Positions 1-9,871 of a stretch of 64,000 nt of DNA are shown one piece after another. Made by a program: the position numbers and the translations under genes. Positions within the stretch are counted from its first letter, which is position 1. Each line of letters opens with the position of its first letter. Location: NCBI GenBank assembly GCA_902767845.1, contig CACXIV010000002.1:23177-87176 (forward strand). Direction: 5' to 3'. Under the pieces are notes generated by a model that ran no database searches, was not told the DNA's origin, and saw nothing but the letters and a program-made list of their open reading frames with translations. The stretch is from an uncultured Ruminococcus sp. (GTDB taxonomy: Bacteria > Bacillota > Clostridia > Oscillospirales > Acutalibacteraceae).

Positions 1-1202
1 TTTTCAAAGCCTGCCGCGACAACTCCGCGAACCTCCATGGCGTTTTCGGAGGTCTGCAGGAACTGGTAGCCGCACAAGCCCTCGCAGAACTTTGCTTTTA
101 CCTCAAGTCCCTTTGTTGTGAAGCTCTTGCAGCCGATCTCGAAGCTCTCCCAGCTTCTGCCGCGGATCTCCATCACTGGCAGAGGGTAACAGTCGAACTT
201 CTCCCTGCGCACGCGGACGGAATCGCTTACATAATAGCGGATGATCGGCTGAACGAAATTGGAAAGATCGGTGACAAGTATCCCTTCCGAAAACTCATCC
301 GCGTCCTTTACCGGCTGACGGTCAGCGCCGACCGGCTCGACAATTACCCAGTCCTCGTTGATGTGCAGATGAGGACAGTCGTGAGTCATGGCGATCTCGC
401 CGCCCTCTGTCATGCAGTAGTTGTTCAGCACGGGGCAGCCGAAAACCTCGTGTATACGGTGATAATTCTCCTCTGTGAGCAGCTCGGCGGAGCTGACGAT
501 CAGCCCCAAGTCGATATCGAGATTTCCCTTAACCTTTTCCTCGGCGAGCATAACCAGCGAGGGCGGATAAGCGACGAGTATCTCTGGCTTGAAGGCGTTG
601 AGCTTTTCCACCATCTCTTCGGCGCTGTCGAGAATGGAGATAGCGGTGATATTGTCCTCGAACCCGGGATGGCGAGCCTTTGTTTTAAGATATGAGCCGT
701 AGCTTGAAGCAGAGGTCGAAAGATGGACTATGAACGCCATCTTGTGCTTTGAGTGGTCATAGTAGCCAGCCGGCACCGGCGACATCAGCCTCTGCAGTAA
801 AAGCTGTGTATGTATCTGATTGCGGTGCATGTCGCGAACCATCGGCAGCGGCTCTCCGGTCGATCCGGAGGTCTGCAGCGCGGTGTACCTGCCAAGCAGC
901 AGAGAATTATCCGCCGGGTCGCGCGCCAGATATGAGCGAACCTTGCCGACTGTCAGCTCGGGGTCTGTAACCCACTCGTCATAATGAGCCAGACCGTCAG
1001 CCTTGTCGAGCACGGGGATATCCTCAAGCGTGTAATTCTCGGGGAGATCCTTGTAAAGCATTCTTAAATACGGAGAGTGCTCTCGGGCGTAATCCACAAG
1101 GGTGTGCAGGCGTTCGCTCTGCATTTCCCTGCGCTCCTCCTCAGTCGCGAGCTCGCCGGCTTTTACGAGCCTTTGAGCTTCCTCAAATGATATGTTTTTT
1201 AT
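1..1202 (-). CDS. Phenylacetate-CoA ligase (PaaK/CapK)-like adenylate-forming enzyme, 3' end beyond window
   Basis: Absent from ORF track; hand-translated: ..MQSERLHTLVDYAREHSPY..LQTSGSTGEP (P-loop)..AYPPSL..NNYCMTEGG..LVTDLSNFVQPIIRYYVSD. Start is either ATA at 1202 (SD AGGGGG) or ATG at 1124. Confidence 0.85.
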   Translation of the reverse strand, partial: MKNISFEEAQRLVKAGELATEEERREMQSERLHTLVDYAREHSPYLRMLYKDLPENYTLEDIPVLDKADGLAHYDEWVTDPELTVGKVRSYLARDPADNSLLLGRYTALQTSGSTGEPLPMVRDMHRNQIHTQLLLQRLMSPVPAGYYDHSKHKMAFIVHLSTSASSYGSYLKTKARHPGFEDNITAISILDSAEEMVEKLNAFKPEILVAYPPSLVMLAEEKVKGNLDIDLGLIVSSAELLTEENYHRIHEVFGCPVLNNYCMTEGGEIAMTHDCPHLHINEDWVIVEPVGADRQPVKDADEFSEGILVTDLSNFVQPIIRYYVSDSVRVRREKFDCYPLPVMEIRGRSWESFEIGCKSFTTKGLEVKAKFCEGLCGYQFLQTSENAMEVRGVVAAGFE

Positions 1203-1223
1203 GGTAATTCCCCCTGTATCTTT

Positions 1224-2990
1224 TTATTCCGCGGATATTCCGGACGCGTACATCGCGGCGTAGTATCCGTGCTTTTCAAGCAGCTCCTCGTGGCTGCCTA
1301 CTTCCTTAATATCGCCGTCCTTCATAAAGATGATACGGTCGGCGTTGCGAATGGTGTAGAGGCGGTGCGCGATGATAAAGCTCGTTCTTCCCTTCATCAT
1401 CTCCTGCATGGCTCTGGTGATGACCTCCTCGGTCTTTGTATCAACCTGAGAGGTCGCCTCGTCGAGGATCAGCACCTTGGGATCGGCGATGATCGCCCTC
1501 GCGATTGAGAGAAGCTGTTTTTCACCTGCCGAAAGCGCCGAGTTCTCTTCGCTGATATATGTGTCGTAGCCGTTGGGCAGGCGCTCGATAAAGCTGTCGC
1601 AGTAGGCGAGCTTCGCTGCCTTTATTACCTCCTCGCGCGTGGCGCCGGGCTTGCCGAACGCGATATTGTCGGCTATGGTTCCGTCGAATATCCACGTCTC
1701 CTGAAGCACCATGCCGAACGCTCCGCGCAGGTTGTGCTTGGAAAGGTCGCGCGTGTCGATACCGTCGAGCTTTACAGAGCCGCTTTGGATATCATAAAAG
1801 CGCATCAGCAGGTTGATCAGCGTGGTCTTGCCGGCGCCGGACGGTCCGACGATCGCCATTGTGTATCCGGGCTCGGCGGTAAATGAAACATCCTCCATGA
1901 GGGTTTTATCCGGGGTGTAGCCGAACCTTACGTTCTCAAAGCTAACCTCTCCCCTGAGCCTGTCGGTATCGAGCTCTTGCTTCGGAGCTTCCGCCGGCTC
2001 CTCTTCCTCGTCGAGAAATTCATAGATACGTCCCGCGGAGCTGAGCGAATCCTGGAAATTGTTGAACGCTACCGAGAGCTCGGCGATCGGGACGCCTATC
2101 ATATTGCCGTAGAACAAAAATGCCGTGAACTCGCCGAGCGTCAGAGTGCCGTTTAACATCATAATACCGCCTGCCAGACAGAGCAGGATGTACGATATCT
2201 TTGCCATCAGGTCGCTGTACGGGCGCATAAAACCCGATGTAAAGCGAGAGCGAATAAACAGCTTCTCGAACTCCTTGTTCATCTCGTCAAACTCCGCTTC
2301 CTTTTCATCCACCCTGCAATAGGCCTTTACTACGGTGTGGTTGGAGTATGTATCGGAAACGAGCGAGTTCATTTTTCCGAGCTGCGCGTTTGTTTTCATA
2401 AACTGCTTTTTGGTGCGGACGGCGATAATACGCAGTCCGATCAGTGTGACGGGGATAGCGATGATAAAGATGAGCGCCAGCCAAACATTGGTAAAAAGCA
2501 TCATAATGCAGATAGCGATCATCAATATCGCCTGTCCCAGCAGCGAGGGCAGCGTCGACTCGATTCCGTTGGAAAGATTTACCATATCGCCCGTTACGCG
2601 CTGCTGAGTGTCGCCGAGCGGATGATTGTCGGAATACTGTATAGTCAGCCTGTTGAGCTTTTGACCGGCGCGGTTCCTGAGCGTGAGCGCAAGGTTCTGC
2701 GAGATCAGCACGAGCGAGCGGTTGATAAATCCGTCCGAGCCGTAGCCGACCAGATACAGAGCGGCGAGCACAACGCAGAGTATAAGCAAATATCCCCAGT
2801 CATAGTTCCCGGTGTTTACGAACCGCGCCATGGAATCGGTTATCAGACTGGCTACCTTGGGCGCGGCGGCAAGGCAAAGCTTTATGACCAGCACTACCGC
2901 CACAACTATCCAAAAGCGGAGGCGGTATTTGCCCATATCGGCAAACAGACGGGTGATCACGCCTTTTGTCTTCTTTTCTTTTTTACTCAC
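1224..2990 (-). CDS. ABC exporter, fused TMD-NBD (consensus half of heterodimer)
   Basis: 6-TM N-terminus, Walker A GPSGAGKT, Walker B ILDEATS, H-loop IAHRL; probable GTG start at 2990 after SD AAGGGG. Confidence 0.93.
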   Translation of the reverse strand: MSKKEKKTKGVITRLFADMGKYRLRFWIVVAVVLVIKLCLAAAPKVASLITDSMARFVNTGNYDWGYLLILCVVLAALYLVGYGSDGFINRSLVLISQNLALTLRNRAGQKLNRLTIQYSDNHPLGDTQQRVTGDMVNLSNGIESTLPSLLGQAILMIAICIMMLFTNVWLALIFIIAIPVTLIGLRIIAVRTKKQFMKTNAQLGKMNSLVSDTYSNHTVVKAYCRVDEKEAEFDEMNKEFEKLFIRSRFTSGFMRPYSDLMAKISYILLCLAGGIMMLNGTLTLGEFTAFLFYGNMIGVPIAELSVAFNNFQDSLSSAGRIYEFLDEEEEPAEAPKQELDTDRLRGEVSFENVRFGYTPDKTLMEDVSFTAEPGYTMAIVGPSGAGKTTLINLLMRFYDIQSGSVKLDGIDTRDLSKHNLRGAFGMVLQETWIFDGTIADNIAFGKPGATREEVIKAAKLAYCDSFIERLPNGYDTYISEENSALSAGEKQLLSIARAIIADPKVLILDEATSQVDTKTEEVITRAMQEMMKGRTSFIIAHRLYTIRNADRIIFMKDGDIKEVGSHEELLEKHGYYAAMYASGISAE

Positions 2991-2994
2991 GCGA

Positions 2995-4716
2995 TCACCC
3001 CTTTTCGTCCAGATAGCACTGGGTCTTATATATCTCACGATATACCTCGCAGGTCTTTAACAGATCCTCGTGTCTGCCCTGTCCCGCGATACGTCCCTTT
3101 TCGAGGACTATGATACGGTCGGCGTCGCGAACCGTGCTGATCTTCTGAGCGACCATCATGACGGTCTTGCCCCTGAGCATTTCGCCGATCGCCTTTCTCG
3201 CCTTTTGCTCGGTCTGAGCGTCGAGTGCCGAGAAGGTGTCGTCAAAAATATAAATCGGAGCCTCTCTTGCCACGGTCCTCGCGAGCGATAATCTCTGGCG
3301 CTGTCCGCCCGAGAGATTCATGCCGCCCTGAGCGAGCTGAAAATCAAGCCCCTCCTGCTTTTCCTCGAGTATCTCCGAGAAGCACGAGGCGTCGCAGGCA
3401 TGGATTATCCTTTCCTCGGAAGCGGTCTTGCTGATGTTGTTCCTGACCGAATCGCGGAAAATCATCGGGCGCTGCGTTCCGTAGGAGAAGCACGAGCGCA
3501 GCCAGTCCTCGTCAGCGTCGCGTATGCTGATACCGTCGATCAGGATATCACCAAAGGTGGGCAGATACAAGCCCTGCATAAGGTTCATTATAGTGGTTTT
3601 GCCGCTGCCCGTGGTACCGATGAACGCCGTAGTGGTGCCGGGCTGAGCGGTAAAGCTGATGTCCGCGATCACGTCGAGCGCGCCCGAATAGCCGAACACA
3701 ACGTTGCGGAACTCGATCTTGCCCTCGGTTTTCTCCCTGCTCTCGGATTGTGAGCTCTCGTACTTTGTGGGCTTAAAATCGAGCAGCTCGTTGACCCTTC
3801 GCGCGGAAACAACGCCCTTGGGGAGAACGCTGATCAAAAACGGGATAGACATCAGGCTCATTATAAAATATGAAACATACTGGAAGATCAGGAGGAGCTG
3901 GCTTATCGACGCCATGCCCTCCTTGACCTGAGCGGTTCCGATAATGTATATCAGCACAACCACCCAGTTCATAACTACCATCGCGATCGGCGAGAGAAAG
4001 TTGATCTTCCTGTTCGCGGCGATAGCGTCGTTATACGCCGCCTCGTTGCCTTCGGCGGACTTGCGGTCGACAAGCTCCTCATTACCGAAGGCGCGGATAT
4101 GCCTTACGCCGACGATCCGCTCGCGCATGTTCAAATTGATCTTGTCGATCTTTTTTTGCAGATCTTCAAAGCCCGAACGGGATCTGGCTGTAAAGATAAT
4201 AAGGAAGGTGACCGTCAGAATGAAGAAAACGGACAGCACCATAAAAATGATAATGTTGTTGAACGCAATTATAAACAGCTCAATGATTATCAGGATAGGA
4301 ATAGCCATCCAAAGCCTCAGAGCGTTTATAGTTATGACCGTGATATTGTTTACGTCCGCCATCGTGCGGTTCAAAAGGGTAGATTCGCCGAACTTGGCGA
4401 AATCCTGCGGCGAAAGCGAGTTTGCCTTTCTGAAGCACGCCTTACGCACCGCGCAGGTAAAGCCTGCCGTCGCTCGCGAGCTCAAAAAGGCGGTCAGCAC
4501 CGTAAGTATGCCGATTATCACGGTAAAAATCACCATCATCATACCGCTGTGCAGGATAACGTCCGTGTCCTGAGCGTTGACGCCCTTGTCGATTATACGC
4601 TTTGATTCCGGCATCAAAAGACAGATCTGGATGAAATATGTGACAGATGTCGACAGAAAGGTTGCAATCACGAAAAACGTGTAGCGACCCATGAATTTTT
4701 TATATAAAGAAATCAT
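2995..4716 (-). CDS. ABC exporter, fused TMD-NBD (degenerate half of heterodimer)
   Basis: Walker A GTTGSGKT, LSGGQRQR, degenerate Walker B IFDDTF and H-loop VAQK. Confidence 0.93.
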   Translation of the reverse strand: MISLYKKFMGRYTFFVIATFLSTSVTYFIQICLLMPESKRIIDKGVNAQDTDVILHSGMMMVIFTVIIGILTVLTAFLSSRATAGFTCAVRKACFRKANSLSPQDFAKFGESTLLNRTMADVNNITVITINALRLWMAIPILIIIELFIIAFNNIIIFMVLSVFFILTVTFLIIFTARSRSGFEDLQKKIDKINLNMRERIVGVRHIRAFGNEELVDRKSAEGNEAAYNDAIAANRKINFLSPIAMVVMNWVVVLIYIIGTAQVKEGMASISQLLLIFQYVSYFIMSLMSIPFLISVLPKGVVSARRVNELLDFKPTKYESSQSESREKTEGKIEFRNVVFGYSGALDVIADISFTAQPGTTTAFIGTTGSGKTTIMNLMQGLYLPTFGDILIDGISIRDADEDWLRSCFSYGTQRPMIFRDSVRNNISKTASEERIIHACDASCFSEILEEKQEGLDFQLAQGGMNLSGGQRQRLSLARTVAREAPIYIFDDTFSALDAQTEQKARKAIGEMLRGKTVMMVAQKISTVRDADRIIVLEKGRIAGQGRHEDLLKTCEVYREIYKTQCYLDEKG

Positions 4717-4732
4717 AGCCTTGTTTCTCCGA

Positions 4733-5608
4733 TCATCCCGTGATCAGCGCGTGCATGAGCCGCCTGAATTTTTCGGACTTCAAAAACTCGGGTGCCATTC
4801 CCGGAGTGCAGTTGACCTCTCCGACGACATAGCCGCTGCCGGTCTGCAGCAGATCTATTCCGCAAAGGCGAAGTCCCACTACCCGCGCGATCTTTTCGCA
4901 CATCCTTACCGCGTCGTCGTCAAGCTCAAAGGGCTGAATGTGACCACCGAGATGAACGTTGGAGCGAAATTCGTCGGGATTGTCAGCCACACGCTGGATC
5001 ACGTTTCCGACCTGATAGTCGATCATTGTGACTCGGATATCCTTTCCCTTTGCCGCGGCGATATACTCCTGAGCGATCACCGCTCTACCGTCGCCCTCGG
5101 GCAGCTTTGATAGATATTCGGCGATCTCTTCCTCTGTATCCAAAAGCACTACGCCCTCGCCCTGAGCTCCGTCCGACGGCTTGAGCACTGCCGGAAGACC
5201 GACTGACTCCGTTACAAGATGAGCCGGGGTAAGCGATGTTACGAGCATCGACTTAGCCTGAGGGATACCCGCCTGCTCCAAAACGAGCGCGGTAGAAAGC
5301 TTGCTGCAAACGATCCTTTTTGAATCGATATCGTTGATGCTGCGGGCGCCCAGCGCGGTGAGCATGCGCGAGATACCCTCAAACACCTCGTTGTAATGTC
5401 CCCAAAGCATAAATACATCGGGAGCAGCCGCTTCCTCTCCGCAAAGGAAAACCTTTGTTTCGCCGTCGCCTCCCATAGTAAAGGATACGTCGTCCATGCG
5501 GACGGTGGTTTTTCTGATACCGCCGGTCTGAGCTTCGGAGGAGTCTGTTTTAACGCTTTTGATCTCCTCAAATCCGCCGCCTTCGCCGACGATCACCCAA
5601 TAATTCAT
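4733..5608 (-). CDS. RimK/LysX-family ATP-grasp amino-acid ligase
   Basis: VLKPSDGAQGEGV, IAQEYI, DIRV, EFRSNVHLGG, GIDLL, EVNCTPG; SD AAAGGAGG. Confidence 0.88.
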   Translation of the reverse strand: MNYWVIVGEGGGFEEIKSVKTDSSEAQTGGIRKTTVRMDDVSFTMGGDGETKVFLCGEEAAAPDVFMLWGHYNEVFEGISRMLTALGARSINDIDSKRIVCSKLSTALVLEQAGIPQAKSMLVTSLTPAHLVTESVGLPAVLKPSDGAQGEGVVLLDTEEEIAEYLSKLPEGDGRAVIAQEYIAAAKGKDIRVTMIDYQVGNVIQRVADNPDEFRSNVHLGGHIQPFELDDDAVRMCEKIARVVGLRLCGIDLLQTGSGYVVGEVNCTPGMAPEFLKSEKFRRLMHALITG

Positions 5609-5641
5609 ATATCTATTCCTCCTTTGATAATTTTACTGATA

Positions 5642-5670
5642 TCATACCATATTCGACCGTTTTTGTCCAC
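5642..5670 (-). promoter_or_regulatory. Probable sigma-A promoter of the ATP-grasp/ABC/ligase operon
   Basis: Minus strand TGGACA-17-TATGAT with extended TG, downstream of the PAP2 terminator. Confidence 0.5.
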
Positions 5671-5723
5671 ATTTCCATCAACCGAATATTTAACATAACG
5701 GCAACTCGGCCGACAGTTTAAAC

Positions 5724-5761
5724 AAAAAACGGCAGCGATCTCCGAAAAGGAGACCGTTGCC
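5724..5761 (-). terminator. Intrinsic terminator after PAP2 gene
   Basis: GGCAGCGATCTCC/GGAGACCGTTGCC hairpin followed by T-run on minus strand. Confidence 0.65.
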
Positions 5762-5786
5762 GAAAAAGCCTGTAAAAAATATAAGA

Positions 5787-6323
5787 TCAAAGACCTATCA
5801 CGAGTCTGAAAAACAGCACTGACAGCGCGCTGCATGACAGCCCGAGAATGACCCCGGCAACAACGTCGCTGAGGTAATGCACCCTGAGATATATCCTTGA
5901 GAAGCTGATAAGCAGGGCTACAAACAGTATCGGAAGAGTGATAAACAGCGGAAGTCCTCTGAAAACCGCTACGCCTACCATAGAGAACGACGCCGTGGTG
6001 TGACCCGACGGGAAGGAGTAGAACCTCGGTGGATCGATTATCTGCTCGTCCTCCTCGAGATCATGGCACGGACGGACGCGCTTTACAAGGTGCTTTATCA
6101 GCCCCTCGCCCATTACGTGGGCAAAGCAGATGGAAATAACAAAGTTAAATCCGACCGCGCGCCAACCGGGAATGAACAAAAACGGCAGACAAACAAGCCA
6201 CCAGATGATACCGACGTTAGCGGATCTTGAGGCGGTTTTCATAACCATATTCAAAGCCGGAGAGTGCATGCGGCTTATGTTGTCGATGACCAGATGATCG
6301 AGTCGCCTGATTTTGCTTATCAT
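5787..6323 (-). CDS. PAP2-family membrane phosphatase (undecaprenyl-PP phosphatase-like)
   Basis: KHLVKRVRP, SFPSGH, SRIYLRVHYLSDV motifs; ATG 6323 with GGAG SD. Confidence 0.9.
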   Translation of the reverse strand: MISKIRRLDHLVIDNISRMHSPALNMVMKTASRSANVGIIWWLVCLPFLFIPGWRAVGFNFVISICFAHVMGEGLIKHLVKRVRPCHDLEEDEQIIDPPRFYSFPSGHTTASFSMVGVAVFRGLPLFITLPILFVALLISFSRIYLRVHYLSDVVAGVILGLSCSALSVLFFRLVIGL

Positions 6324-6584
6324 AAAAAATCTCCGATTACATATATAAGACACAATAATATATATAAGTTATTATACCACAGCGGTTTTATTTTGAACAG
6401 GGTATTTTTTGATTTTTTTTATTTTGTTTTTAATTTATTTAAAATGACAAAAAAGACGCCTTTAATTGTATATTTTGCTTGCAAAATAAAGAAAAAACCG
6501 TATAATAAGGGTGTAATACCAAATTTCCGTAAAATGCTTTAATCATAAGTCAGCGGAATAATACGCGAAACAAGGGGTGGTAAT

Positions 6585-7805
6585 GTGAAAAAGCTTAAAA
6601 ACAACGCTCTGTTTTTGCTCTACACCGTTTTGCTCGGAGCTATCGTCGGCGGTATAATCTGGGCGTTCCTCAGGGTGATGAATCTCGGAATCGAGTTCAT
6701 CTGGGACTACGCTCCCTCGAAGCTCGGCTTTCCGTTTTACACCGTGCTCGTCTGCGCGGTCGGCGGACTGCTGACCGGGCTTTGGAAAAAGAAATTCGGC
6801 GAATCTCCCGAGGATCTCGAGGTCGTCATAGGCAAGGTAAAAAAGACGAACCGCTACCCCTACTCAAACATCTTTTCCTCGCTCGTATCGGCTATTTTGC
6901 CGCTGCTGTTCGGCGCGAGCGTCGGTCCCGAGGCAGGACTGACGGGCATTATCGCCGGACTATGCACCTGGGTCGGCGACCGCCTGAGGATGTATAAGAA
7001 AGAGGTCGAGGAGCTGACCCGTATCGGGCTGAGCGCCACGCTCGGAACGATATTCCGCTCCCCCATGTTCGGATTCTTCGAGCCTATCGAGGACGACAGG
7101 GACGCCGTGCTCCCCAAAAGCACAAAGCTCGTGCTGTACATAGCCGCGATACTAAGCTCCTTCGGCGCGTTCATCCTGCTCGGAAGGCTTTTCGGCGGCT
7201 CGGGAGGCATCAAGGGGATCGGCGCCGGCACGCCCTCGCTGAACAACTACCTCTGGGCGATACCTCTGATAATCGCCGGACTGGCAGGCGGATTTTTGTA
7301 CCTCGCCTTTCACAAGCTCACAAGCCTGATCGAGGGCAGGCTCAAAAAATTCATCCTGCTGCGCGCGGTCGCAGGCGGACTCCTGCTCGGAATCTCGGGC
7401 ACGCTTCTGCCGCTTACAATGTTCTCAGGCGAGCACCAGATCGAGCTCGTCATGGACAGCGCCGAAAAGCTCGGCGCGGTAATGCTGCTCGTCACCGCCG
7501 TGGTCAAGCTGCTGCTTACAAACGTCTGCATTAGCTCGGGACTAAAGGGAGGGCACTTTTTCCCCGTCATCTTCTGCGGGATCTGTCTCGGGATCTCCAT
7601 GAGCCTGTTTTTCGGCATAGACATGGTGTTCTGCGCGTGCGTAACGACGACCGCGCTGATGGGACTTACAATGAAAAAGCCGCTCGCGACCGTAATGCTA
7701 CTTATGATCGTGTTCCCCCCGAGGTATATCCCGATCATGCTCTGCGCCGCGGTTATCGCGAAGCTGATACCGATACCCAAGCCGCTCACCGTTAAAAAAG
7801 GATAA
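6585..7805 (+). CDS. ClC-family chloride channel/transporter (divergent)
   Basis: Highly hydrophobic; GASVGPEAG and GGHFFP correspond to ClC GxEGP and GxFxP motifs. Confidence 0.8.
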   Translation: MKKLKNNALFLLYTVLLGAIVGGIIWAFLRVMNLGIEFIWDYAPSKLGFPFYTVLVCAVGGLLTGLWKKKFGESPEDLEVVIGKVKKTNRYPYSNIFSSLVSAILPLLFGASVGPEAGLTGIIAGLCTWVGDRLRMYKKEVEELTRIGLSATLGTIFRSPMFGFFEPIEDDRDAVLPKSTKLVLYIAAILSSFGAFILLGRLFGGSGGIKGIGAGTPSLNNYLWAIPLIIAGLAGGFLYLAFHKLTSLIEGRLKKFILLRAVAGGLLLGISGTLLPLTMFSGEHQIELVMDSAEKLGAVMLLVTAVVKLLLTNVCISSGLKGGHFFPVIFCGICLGISMSLFFGIDMVFCACVTTTALMGLTMKKPLATVMLLMIVFPPRYIPIMLCAAVIAKLIPIPKPLTVKKG

Positions 7806-7810
7806 GCTAA

Positions 7811-7844
7811 AGCCGCCGGCGTTTTCGCCGGCGGCATTGTTTTT
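7811..7844 (+). terminator. Intrinsic terminator between convergent clc and HAD genes
   Basis: GCCGCCGGCG-TTTT-CGCCGGCGGC perfect hairpin plus T-rich tail. Confidence 0.75.
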
Positions 7845-7894
7845 ATGTATAAGTAAAGAACGAAGCCCTTTGATCGCTGAGGCGCAGACTCAGT

Positions 7895-8731
7895 TCAGCC
7901 CTTTTTCTGCCTTGTATTTTCAAGGGTGAGCTTATCGGCGATCGCCATTTTTCTGATAATATTTTTGACCGTCAAATCAAGCCCCGTTCCCTCGCTGTAA
8001 TCCGCCGGGTAGATAAAATCCACCCTGTCGCGGCCGAGCAGCGCCTCGACTTTGCTGTCGCGCTTTTGATAAACCGCGATCGAGTAGCCTCCGTACGCTT
8101 TCATCATCTTCATGCACGGCACGTCGGACAGTCCGTCGCCGATATAGATCATGTTGCAGAACGGAACGCGCTTGCTGTCGTCGGGCATTGAGCGGTTAAG
8201 GTCGACGTCGTTCGCGACGTCGAGTACGCCCTTGTTGATACGGTACACGAACTGGGTCTTGTTTGTGTAGTTGACGTCGGTCTTCGGCCAGACAGCCGCG
8301 CCGTTTTCGTCATACAAAAACTCGCAGGCGAAAATGCTCTTGAAGCAGTCGCTGATACTCGTGCCCTCGATGATCTCTTTCATTCCTGACGAGATGACGT
8401 AATGCTCGATCCTAACTCCGTTTTCAAGCCCGAAGCGGTTTATTCGGTCAAACCAACCGTCTACGCCCTTAAAGAGCTCAACGTTCCTGCCCATTTCCAC
8501 AAGGCTCTCACGCCGAAGGGCGATATTCTTGTCCCCGGCGATCCTGACCATCGCGTACATGTACGCCAGCACCGAATCCATATGCTCGCGCGAACCGAGC
8601 TCGTTGGTATAATCCCAGAACTCGCCCTCGGTGAGCCCGAGGCTGGGGATAAAGCTGTAGCCCTGCATGTCCTTTGTGCAAAGGGTGCGGTCAAAGTCGT
8701 ACATCAGCGCGACGATGGGTAAATCACTCAT
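7895..8731 (-). CDS. HAD-superfamily hydrolase
   Basis: YDFDRTL motif I, ISSG motif II, YIGDGLSDVP motif IV. Confidence 0.88.
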   Translation of the reverse strand: MSDLPIVALMYDFDRTLCTKDMQGYSFIPSLGLTEGEFWDYTNELGSREHMDSVLAYMYAMVRIAGDKNIALRRESLVEMGRNVELFKGVDGWFDRINRFGLENGVRIEHYVISSGMKEIIEGTSISDCFKSIFACEFLYDENGAAVWPKTDVNYTNKTQFVYRINKGVLDVANDVDLNRSMPDDSKRVPFCNMIYIGDGLSDVPCMKMMKAYGGYSIAVYQKRDSKVEALLGRDRVDFIYPADYSEGTGLDLTVKNIIRKMAIADKLTLENTRQKKG

Positions 8732-8744
8732 GGTATTCTCCGTA

Positions 8745-9713
8745 TCAATATGTTTTTATCTCTACCGAATTGATAACAATGCTCTCCTTCGGCACGTCGT
8801 TCTTGTCTGTCTCCGCCTTGGCTATCATGTCGACTACGTCCATGCCCTCGACGACCTGTGCAAAAACGGTGTTGCCCCTGTCGGCGGCATTGAACACGCC
8901 GTCGAGGTTCGGGTTTCCGCCCTTTTCATTATAGAGGTCTTTAACGTCTTGGGGAATAACGTCGGTGTTGATGAACTTGTCGCCGTTCTCGTCTACAAAC
9001 GCCTGCAAAAGACTTGAGTCGCGGTAGTTTTTGAGCTGGGTCTTTACGTTCTCCCAAAGCTCGTCATAGTTATTCCAACCGCCGTTTTTTGAAAAAGCCT
9101 CAGGGGTGGTCTGGTTGATAAAGAACTGGCTTCCGTTTGAATCCGCGGCGTTGTTCGCCATTGAAACGGCGCCCCTGATGTTGAACAGCTTGTCGCAGAA
9201 CTCGTCCTCAAACTCGTCGCCGTAGGAGCTGATCCCGTTTGGATGCTGCGGATCCTCGCCGTTGTGACCGCCCTGGATCACAAAGTCGTCGATCACCCTG
9301 TGGAAGGTGGTGTTGTTGTACTTACCTGCTTTGGCGAGGTTCACAAAGTTTGTCACGGTCTTTGGAGCCTGAGCCGGGAACAGTCTGAGCGTGATATCGC
9401 CGTAATCGGTGTGAAGCACGGCTACGGTATCGCCCTTCTGAGGCATATCGAGCTGGAAGCCCACCGGTTCGTCTGACTCAATGATGTTAGGCTCAATGCC
9501 GAAAACAGCGGGATCAAAGCCAAGCGCCTCGAGTCCGCCGATAGCCATAGCCTCGTCGCCGGTGCTGACGGGGTAGGTCTCTTCCGCCTCGTCAACGGTA
9601 GCCTTGCTTGTTTCCTCCGCCTTTTTCTGGGCGCATCCGACAAACAAAAGCGCGAGCATCAGACTGAGGATCACGCATGCCGAGCCTGTGAGCGTCTTAT
9701 TAAACCTTTTCAT
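8745..9713 (-). CDS. Cyclophilin-type peptidyl-prolyl isomerase, lipoprotein
   Basis: Lipobox LFVGC; APKTVTNF, FHRVIDDFVIQGG, NGSQFFI, TVFAQVVEG. Confidence 0.9.
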   Translation of the reverse strand: MKRFNKTLTGSACVILSLMLALLFVGCAQKKAEETSKATVDEAEETYPVSTGDEAMAIGGLEALGFDPAVFGIEPNIIESDEPVGFQLDMPQKGDTVAVLHTDYGDITLRLFPAQAPKTVTNFVNLAKAGKYNNTTFHRVIDDFVIQGGHNGEDPQHPNGISSYGDEFEDEFCDKLFNIRGAVSMANNAADSNGSQFFINQTTPEAFSKNGGWNNYDELWENVKTQLKNYRDSSLLQAFVDENGDKFINTDVIPQDVKDLYNEKGGNPNLDGVFNAADRGNTVFAQVVEGMDVVDMIAKAETDKNDVPKESIVINSVEIKTY

Positions 9714-9871
9714 AACGGTATTCCTTTCGGATATTTTTTAGATCTCATAAAACACACAATGTTATTATAACACGAATCGCCGAAAAAATCAAATCAGCGC
9801 CGTTATCATAATCCCGCGGCGCTTTTCATAGTATTATCTGTAGCTATCAGAAAATATACGGAGGCAGAAAA

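Noticed and set aside
1203-1226. Stop-codon readthrough making an ABC-ligase fusion
   Set aside because: TAA is rarely read through and a separate SD is present; in-frame arrangement occurs by chance one time in three
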